From NCBI GenBank assembly GCA_005893365.1, contig VBPB01000107.1:1-35120 (forward strand): a stretch of 35,120 nucleotides of DNA. Direction: 5' to 3'. The position numbers and the translations under genes were made by a program. Shown here one piece after another: positions 27,501 to 35,120 of the stretch. Numbering within the stretch: the first letter of the stretch is position 1; each line of letters begins with the position of its first letter. A model generated the notes under the pieces. That model saw only the letters and a program-made list of their open reading frames with translations. It was not told where the DNA came from and did not search any database. The DNA is from Candidatus Eiseniibacteriota bacterium. Lineage in GTDB: Bacteria > Eisenbacteria > RBG-16-71-46.

Positions 27501-27994
27501 CCTGGGTGACCGACGTGTACTCGCAGCGGCCGCTGCGCTCGATGGCCTACGACATCTCGATGGGCTTCACCGGCAAGACCGGACACCGGCCCGGCGTGGG
27601 CGGTACCGGCGAGATCCCGCTCGAGAAGACCCCCACCGTGGAGGAGGTGGACTTCAGCGAGCCGTGGTCGCTGAGCCTCGCGTACTCGTCCTCGGGCGGC
27701 TACGGCTCGGGCAGCCGCTGGTCCAGCACCAGCGTGCTGAACGGGGTGGCGCACTACGGCTTCTCGCGCTCGTGGCGGATCGACTACTCGGCGTCCTTCG
27801 ACGCGACGCGCCACGAGGTGCTGACCCAGCGCTTCGGGCTGAGCCGCGACCTCCACTGCTGGCTCGCCAGCTTCTCGCGCACCTTCAACCCGGGATCCGA
27901 GGCCGAGTACTACTTCCGGCTCGAGATCAAGGACCAGAAGGAGCTCTACCTGGAGCGCGGGACGCGGATCAGCAGCTACGGCGGCATCCAGTAG
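24539..27994 (+). CDS. lptD: LPS-assembly outer-membrane protein LptD (large, 1151 aa, with reiterated OstA-like N-terminal region)
   Basis: Signal peptide, then repeated OstA-like strands (DIVLLNGNVHITRGTTVITSETGRY...; VLELMGAVHITDRDAVLEAPSGTY...). Barrel region includes SYSTCDRDPPDYRFQSHRMKVYLRDKLVAKPVVFYVKNVPLFALPFYVFP. Aromatic-rich C-terminus (...AEYYFRLEIKDQKELY...). GTG overlaps the folC stop. Confidence 0.8.
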   Translation: MRRGLASLLVLGGMGLTAAARGAAPEAPAPPLNLAADNVSGTRGPEGDIVLLNGNVHITRGTTVITSETGRYLRGKGMLYLDRHVRMVDSTTTVSCDHAAYSENSDVLELMGAVHITDRDAVLEAPSGTYDRKHGRADLYGRVTAADSTQRVTCDRLAYFRNENRFEARGHVVGEDVHHRTTLLADSVDYHRADHEAVARGNPVMRSRDKDGRVAELRAITLRLNSEQRLAEAIDSVRVGRDTLQARADYALFDDQADRGWLLGHPRAWDDETTVTGDTLEIWTEHRALRRFVVRHGATIDYAGARPDTRGETSRLTGQQIDVFFANDVMDSLVAVGQAKDEYQAVPRAGKTAEKNHSQGDTITVFFADRKIERAVVEGTASGEYHFEVGEGDTLAAQTEVVKYDAPRIEFIVPKDRIVLDRRSHLTYKELELHAKRVEFNSEQQTLVATGDPKLVDRGEEVTGHLMTYDLETRTGNIYKAETAFEKGLYHGERIRKVGDNELEVMDGSYSTCDRDPPDYRFQSHRMKVYLRDKLVAKPVVFYVKNVPLFALPFYVFPIKPGRHSGFMFPQTEFGFNNKAGQFIRNAGYYWAPNDYFDVTASGDYYQAEPSWVLRGDLVYNLLYRFAGRVNGTYARSGADNDQRWSLTADHSQDISDKTHLTAQASFVSSREYNRDLLFNRTLSQRLDRFLTSSLSISHYAGWASMNVVFDRRQDLDADQSLRDPTAVPGQVASLPNLTETLPSVSVTFPTRTLGALSFLKHTALAKPLSSVYFSLSSRFVTFHQRTGFLDDLDSLRQRNLTRRALASASSISDSRRLFGWLNLAPALNLNTVVFDHDKLGQRFVPTGTWSASVTSSTSLYGSFHPHLGPLVGLRHVVFPNLSFSYSPEFRGLTFVDASGIRRDRFEGFGGIGVSGFKNARMNFALGQRLQAKLKHGDAINHLDNLLAWDMGGSYNFLWREQLEKHPLSTINSAMRLQPPGLLSADLSWVTDVYSQRPLRSMAYDISMGFTGKTGHRPGVGGTGEIPLEKTPTVEEVDFSEPWSLSLAYSSSGGYGSGSRWSSTSVLNGVAHYGFSRSWRIDYSASFDATRHEVLTQRFGLSRDLHCWLASFSRTFNPGSEAEYYFRLEIKDQKELYLERGTRISSYGGIQ

Positions 27995-28167
27995 GTCCGC
28001 GGTGACGGGCGGTCCGCCGCCCCGCGCCGGGCCTTTCCTGCCGCGACGCCCGCACGCGGAGGCCAGGCCGGTCCAGAAAAGCGTTGACACCCGCGCGCCG
28101 AGTGCCAAGCTGACGCCGAGCCGCCACCCGTGCTGGTCCCGGCGGGACCAGGGAGGAGGGAACCCGA

Positions 28168-28464
28168 ATGAACAAAGGTGAGTTGACGCGGGGATTCTCG
28201 CGTCGGACCGGCCTGTCGCTGCGTCAGGCCAAGCGGGCGATCGACTCGCTGTTCGGAGTCGAAGGAAAGCAGGTCGGCCTCATCCCCGCGAGCCTCGCGC
28301 AGGGGAAATCCGTCCGACTCGCAGGCTTCGGGACCTTCGAGACTCGGCGGCGCGCGGCACGCGCCGGGCGCAATCCGCGCACCGGTGAACCGCTCGTCAT
28401 CCAGGCGGCGCGCCTTCCGGCCTTCCGGGCGGGCCGGGCGCTGAAGGACAAGGTCCGCAAGTAG
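28168..28464 (+). CDS. hup: HU/IHF-family DNA-binding protein
   Basis: MNKGELTRGFSRRTGLSLRQAKRAIDSLF...VRLAGFGTFETRRRAARAGRNPRTGEPLVIQAARLPAFRAGRALKDKV. GGGAGGAGGG Shine-Dalgarno sequence. Confidence 0.9.
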   Translation: MNKGELTRGFSRRTGLSLRQAKRAIDSLFGVEGKQVGLIPASLAQGKSVRLAGFGTFETRRRAARAGRNPRTGEPLVIQAARLPAFRAGRALKDKVRK

Positions 28465-28481
28465 CCCCGCGTCACGCACGA

Positions 28482-28518
28482 GCGGGCGGGGGCGACCACT
28501 CGTGTCGCCCCCGCCCGC
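28482..28518 (+). terminator. Strong GC hairpin after hup (terminator-like, no U-tract)
   Basis: GCGGGCGGGGGCGAC-CACTCGT-GTCGCCCCCGCCCGC: a perfect 15-bp stem. Confidence 0.5.
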
Positions 28519-28616
28519 GGTGTCCAAGGCCGGGCCCCGCCCGCGGGCCGTGGTAGCCTAGCGCCGCGGTCGCGCATCCAATCGGGCCTGGCACGACCCG
28601 ACGCGGCCACCCGACC

Positions 28617-30904
<2,288 letters not shown>

Positions 30905-30905
<1 letters not shown>

Positions 30906-31282
30906 TGGACCCCACGGCGATCGGCGTGACCGTGGGCGGGGTCGCGCTCGCGATCGGCGTCAACCTCTACTTCTTCGCGCCGCGCCGCGCGGCGGTCGTG
31001 GCGCCGGCCCCGGCCTCGGGCCCGCAGGAGGTCCGCATCGTGGTCCGCGACGGCTACGCTCCGGATGTCGTCGAGGTGCGGGCGGGGCGCCCGGTGCGGC
31101 TGGTGTTCCACCGCGAGGAGGTGGCGGGCTGCTCCGACACGGTTCTGCTGCCGGCGTGGGGCATCACGCAGCGGCTGCCCGCCGATCAGGACACCGCGGT
31201 CGAGTTCACGCCGATGACCCCCGGGGAATACGAGTTCACCTGCGGCATGCACATGCTGCGGGGGAAGGTGGTCGTCCGGTAG
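30905..31282 (+). CDS. Membrane-anchored cupredoxin-like domain protein (CopA-associated)
   Basis: TM segment (IGVTVGGVALAIGVNLYFF), then QEVRIVVRDGYAPDVVEVRAGRPVRLVFHREEVAGCSDTV...EFTPMTPGEYEFTCGMHMLRGKVVV. The start overlaps the copA stop (TGATG); GTG 30902 is an alternative. Confidence 0.8.
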
Positions 31283-31288
31283 TCGCGG

Positions 31289-32107
31289 CTACGCCAGCCC
31301 CCAGCTCTCCAGATCGTCCTCGTCCAGGCCCAGCAGGTGTCCCACCTCGTGCTGGACGGTGATGCGCACCTCGCGCGCCAGCTCCTCGGGGTCGGCGCAG
31401 ACGCGCAGCAGGTTCTTGCGGAAGAGGTAGATGACGCCGGGGGCGGTGGGGGCGTCCAGGTGCGTGCGCTCGAGCAGGTGGCGGCCCACGAACAGCCCGA
31501 GCACGTCGGGCGAGATGGGCGGCTGCTCGGCGGCCAGCAGCGCGCGGCTCGGCAGCGACTCGACCACCACCGGCAGCTCCTGGAGGTGCTTGCGCACCTC
31601 GGCGGGCAGCTCGAGCAGGCTCTTCTCGACCAGCGCGTCGAACGCCTCGTCGCTCACCTCGAGCGGGTCCGGGAAGCGCTCGGGGTCCAGCTCGCGCGCC
31701 ATGTCGGCGTGCTCGCGCGCGGTGCCGTCCTCGCCGAGGTACTCCAGCGTCCGCGCCAGCAGCACGTGGGTCTCGGCCACCTCGGGGTTCACGGCCAGGG
31801 CGCGCCGGCAGTCGTCGCGCGCGGCCTCCATCTCGAACAGCTCGTAGTGGGCCGCCGCCCGCAGGTGGAAGAAGAGCGAGGGGTCGGCCGATTGCTCGGC
31901 GCCCAGGAGCGTCTCGAGCGCGCGCCGGGCCTCGCCCTCCTCCAGGGCCACCGCGGCGTCGGCGATGCGCAGGTCGGGGTGCCCGGGGCGGCGCACGAGC
32001 AGCGCGTCGACCTCGCTGCGGGCGCGCTCGACCTTGCCCTCATCGAGCAGGTCCCAGATCCCCTCGACCGACTCCCACTCCGTCTCGCTCAGCGTGTCGT
32101 AGGCCAT
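31289..32107 (-). CDS. TPR-like N-terminal domain fused to a Zincin_1/DUF1025-type putative metallopeptidase
   Basis: C-terminal motif: GVIYLFRKNLLRVCADPEELAREVRITVQHEVGHLLGLDEDDL (HExxH). The N-terminal helical repeats are TPR-like. Start taken at MAYDTLSE (ATG 32107). Confidence 0.7.
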   Translation of the reverse strand: MAYDTLSETEWESVEGIWDLLDEGKVERARSEVDALLVRRPGHPDLRIADAAVALEEGEARRALETLLGAEQSADPSLFFHLRAAAHYELFEMEAARDDCRRALAVNPEVAETHVLLARTLEYLGEDGTAREHADMARELDPERFPDPLEVSDEAFDALVEKSLLELPAEVRKHLQELPVVVESLPSRALLAAEQPPISPDVLGLFVGRHLLERTHLDAPTAPGVIYLFRKNLLRVCADPEELAREVRITVQHEVGHLLGLDEDDLESWGLA

Positions 32108-32174
32108 GTCGGGATGCCCCTCTGGGTGGCCCGGGACACTAGCGCGGTTTGGCGGCGGACGCACGCCGGGTCTC

Positions 32175-32183
32175 TGCTAGAGT
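32175..32183 (+). promoter_or_regulatory. Candidate extended -10 element (TGcTAGAGT) upstream of the small basic ORF
   Basis: TG at 32175-32176 and TAGAGT at 32178-32183, 38 nt before ATG 32221. Same TAGAGT hexamer as upstream of tgt. Confidence 0.3.
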
Positions 32184-32220
32184 GGCGCGTGGCTCCACCG
32201 CGTTCCAAGGAGGGACGGCC

Positions 32221-32526
32221 ATGACCCAGACCCAGATGCTCAAGAAGCTCCAGCGCACGCACTGGCGGACGCTCCGGTCGCACATCAAGCGCTCGTACCA
32301 GGAAGGCTACGAGGCGGGACTGGCGCGCGCGCACGGCCAGGGGCGCCGGGGGCGCACCATCCGTGGCGACGCCACCGTGAACGGGCTGGTGAGGCTCATC
32401 GAGCGACACTTCGGGCTGAGGCGCTACGGCTTCGAGGTGCGCGTGGTCCACGCCTCCTCCGGCCGGCGCGTGCCCGGGGCCGACCTGCTGCAGAAGTACC
32501 GTGTGAGCGAGAAGACCGCGTCTTAG
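32221..32526 (+). CDS. Small basic hypothetical protein (101 aa)
   Basis: AAGGAGGGA Shine-Dalgarno sequence 5 nt before the ATG. MTQTQMLKKLQRTHWRTLRSHIKRSYQEGYEAGLARAH... I recognise no family. Confidence 0.5.
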   Translation: MTQTQMLKKLQRTHWRTLRSHIKRSYQEGYEAGLARAHGQGRRGRTIRGDATVNGLVRLIERHFGLRRYGFEVRVVHASSGRRVPGADLLQKYRVSEKTAS

Positions 32527-32613
32527 CGAGCGCCCCGCGGCGCGGTTGCCGCGGCGCCGCGCTCCCGGCGTGATCGGCGCGGTCGCCTCGTCGGGGTCAC
32601 CGAGGGAGGTCCC

Positions 32614-35015
32614 ATGCCGCGCCCGCTGCTCGCTTGCCTGCTGACGCTCGCGCTGTGCGCGAGCCTCGCCGCCGCCGCCGAGGTCACGACCTACCGCACG
32701 CCCCCCAAGGTGGTGGCCGACATCCTCACCGCCCCGCGCGTGCCGCGGGGTGCCCCCAACGTGTCGCCCGATGGCGCCCGGATGCTGATCGCCGACCCGC
32801 CCACGCTGATCCCCATCGCCACCCTGGCCGAGCCGGTCGAGAAGCTGGCCGGGCTCGAGATCCTCTCGCAACTGCGGGCGAGCCGCGGGCAGCTCAAGGC
32901 CGCCTCCACCGGCTTTACGATCGTCACCGTGGCGAGCGGCGCCAAGCTCCGCGCCCGCCTGCCCCAAGGGGCGCGCGTGGGCCCCTCGGTCTGGTCCAAC
33001 GCCGGGACCCGGATCGCGACCACGGTCTACGCGCCGGGCGGCGCCGAGCTGTGGATCGTGGACGCGGCGACCGGGGCGGCGCGCCGGCTGGACGGGGTCC
33101 ACCTCAACACGGTCATCCCGAGCACGCCCGAATGGTCGAACGACGACCGCACCCTCTGGTGCCGGACGGTGCCGGCCGACGCGGCCGCCCTCGGGGCCGC
33201 GGGCCGCATCCCGGCCGGGCCGCAGGTGCGGGTCGGGGCGGGACACCCGACGCCGCAGCGCACGGCGCGCGACGTGCTGCGCAACGCGGACGATCAGGCC
33301 CGCTTGGTCGCGTACGCGACCTCGCAGATCACCAAGGTGACCGTCGACGGCGGGGCGCTCCAGCCGGTCGGGGCGGCCGCGATGATCTTGAGCTGGGAGA
33401 TCGCCCCCGACGAGTCGCGCCTGATCGTCGAGCGGCTGGCCGAGCCGGTGCCGCTCGGCTTCCCGATCCCGCTGTTCCCGCGCACGGTCGAGCTGTGGGG
33501 GGCGGACGGCACGCGGGCCGCCACGCTCGGCGAGGTGCCGCTCAACGACCGGAGTGCGGTCTCGAGCGTGGCCCCGCTCGGGCCGCGCGAGGCGATGTGG
33601 GCCCCGGACGGGCGGGCCATCTGGTTCTTCTCGTGGCAGGACACGCCCGGCGCCGATCCGCTCAAGGCGATCAAGGACACCACCCTCGCCCAGCCCGGCA
33701 CCGATCGGCTGATGCGGCTGGACCCGCCCTTCACCGGCGAGGCGAAGGTAGCCCTGGCCAGCGACGAGCAGTTCGAGGCGGCCTTCTGGACCGCGGGCGG
33801 GCGGCGGCTGGTGCTCCGCGAGGGCTATCAGCCGCGCCGTCGCACGCGCTCGATCTGGATCGCGCCCGACCTGCCTCAGCCCACGCGCCACACGCTCACC
33901 GACCGCTCGACCGAAGGGGTGTACGACGATCCGGGCGCCCCGCTCTTCAAGCGCGAGGGCCACCAGATGGCCAGCGCCCGTTCCTGGACCGGATGGACCT
34001 CGCCACCGGCCGGACCACGCGCGTGTTCGAGAGCGACGCCGCGCACCTGGAGCCGGTGGTGGTGCTGCTCGCGGCCGACGGCAAGCCCTTCATCACGCTG
34101 CGCCAGTCGAACCGCGAGGCGCCGAACTATTTCGTGCGCAAGGCCGGCGAGCAGGCGGGCCGGGCGCTCAGCGACTTCACCGATCCCGCGCCGGCGCTCA
34201 CCGCCTCGCAGCGGTTCCAGTTCAAGTTCACGCGGTCGGACTCGGTCGTGCTGAACGCCGAGGCGGTGCTGCCCGCCGACTGGAAGCCGGGCACCCGGCT
34301 GCCCACCATCTTCTGGGTCTATCCCAACGACTACCGGTCGGCGGCGGCGGCGTCCCAGAACCGGCGCTCGCCCAACCGTTTCCCCTCGCAGAGCACGCTC
34401 AACCCCGAGGTGCTGGTGACGCAGGGCTACGCGGTCGTGTACCCCGACATCGCGGTGGTCGGGACCAACGACAAGTACGTCGAGGAGATCGGCATGAGCG
34501 CCAAGGCCGCGATCGACGAGTGCGCGCGCCGCGGCTTCTGCGATCCCGAGCGCGTCGGCGTGGGCGGCCACTCGTACGGCGCCTTCTCCACGGCGAACCT
34601 GCTCGCCCACACCGACCTCTTCAAGGCCGGCACGGCGAGCGATGGCGCCTACAACCGGGCGCTCACGCCGTTCACGTTCCAGGCCGAGGAGCGGACGCTG
34701 TGGGAGGCGCCGGACACGTATCTCGCCATGTCCCCGTTCCTCCACGCCGACCACATCGACCGGCCGCTGCTGCTGCTGCACAACCTGGACGATACCAACG
34801 TGGGCACGAACCCGATCCAGTCGCAGCGGATGTTCGAGGCCCTGAACGGGCTTGGCAAGACCGTGACACTGGTCGAGTACCCGTACGAGGACCATGGGCC
34901 GGTGGCACGGGAGACCGTGCTCGACTACTGGGCCCGCCTCATCGACTGGTTCGATCGCTACGTGAAGAAATCCCCCGGCGGTGCCGCGGCCCCGGCCGGG
35001 GGGAGCGCCCGGTAG
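32614..35015 (+). pseudogene. S9-family (prolyl oligopeptidase-type) serine peptidase, interrupted by a single frameshift near 33977
   Basis: Signal peptide and beta-propeller-like N-terminal part are in the frame of 32614. From ...PFLDRMDLATGRTTRVFES onward the sequence is in the frame of the 32634..35015 ORF. This part carries the catalytic triad motifs GGHSYGAF (Ser), LHNLDDTNV (Asp) and YEDHGP (His). Confidence 0.8.
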
Positions 35016-35023
35016 CCTCCGCA

Positions 35024-35063
35024 CCCGGGCCCGGGCCCGAGACGGCCTGGACCCGGGCCCGGG
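35024..35063 (+). terminator. GC hairpin after the S9 peptidase gene
   Basis: CCCGGGCCCGGGCCC ... GGACCCGGGCCCGGG: 12 perfect bp plus 2 more across one mismatch, with a 10-nt loop. It begins 9 nt after the TAG stop. Confidence 0.4.
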
Positions 35064-35120
35064 CGGGCGGTGTACCGAGCTTGAGACCAGCCGAGCCTTG
35101 ACGCTCGCCGCGCCGCGACC

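Noticed and set aside
24512-28108. 1198-aa minus-strand ORF; also 18291..20570, 20986..23256, 28224..30410, 6791..8461, 32089..33963 and 33876..35024 on the minus strand and 215..1843 on the plus strand
   Set aside because: All are mirror or out-of-frame ORFs overlapping genes with clear family signatures (lptD, porX-like, tsaB/accD, copA, fmt/rsmB, S9 peptidase, accC). Their products are R/A/G/P-rich with no recognisable motifs.
28084-28112. Perfect TTGACA hexamer upstream of the HU gene as a promoter -35 element
   Set aside because: The best-spaced -10 candidates (CAAGCT/AAGCTG) are weak. I kept this only as a note rather than a feature.

Overview
Very GC-rich bacterial chromosomal window (about 70% GC by eye, not computed). 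It is dominated by tightly packed plus-strand housekeeping operons, many with 1-4 nt start/stop overlaps.

Gene order:
- acpS-accC fused ORF (minus strand, runs off the left edge)
- ECF sigma / anti-sigma / two LTXXQ (Spy/CpxP/CnrX-like) envelope proteins
- DUF1579 protein (minus)
- tgt-yajC-def(disrupted)-fmt-rsmB-PASTA-rpe
- ffh, rpsP
- hemC-like gene, TPR lipoprotein, serS
- about 180-nt palindromic spacer
- sensor histidine kinase
- DUF4097 protein (minus)
- PorX-type REC-PglZ regulator-tsaE-tsaB/rimI-accD-folC-lptD
- HU
- copA-cupredoxin
- TPR-zincin peptidase (minus)
- small basic ORF
- S9 peptidase (frameshifted)

I recognised no rRNA, tRNA, CRISPR array, transposase or phage gene. LptD plus a PorX-type regulator suggest a diderm, possibly of the FCB group (Gemmatimonadota-like); this is inference only.

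Many long ORFs in the supplied track are antisense or out-of-frame shadows of real genes, as expected at this GC content.

I see no clear-cut new multi-gene system. The items most worth a second look are:
1. A long palindromic element that bridges the serS stop and the kinase start.
2. A kinase / DUF4097 / PorX-like regulator locus whose regulator heads a translationally coupled tsaE-to-lptD operon.
3. A HemC paralogue lacking the cofactor cysteine.
4. A kinase-less PASTA protein sitting in the PrkC slot.
5. An in-frame AcpS-AccC fusion.
6. A CnrYXH-like ECF module with a Met-rich periplasmic protein.

Caution: there are two frame disruptions (def, S9 peptidase) and one missing stop (acpS-accC). 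Assembly indels must be excluded before any of these three is interpreted biologically.
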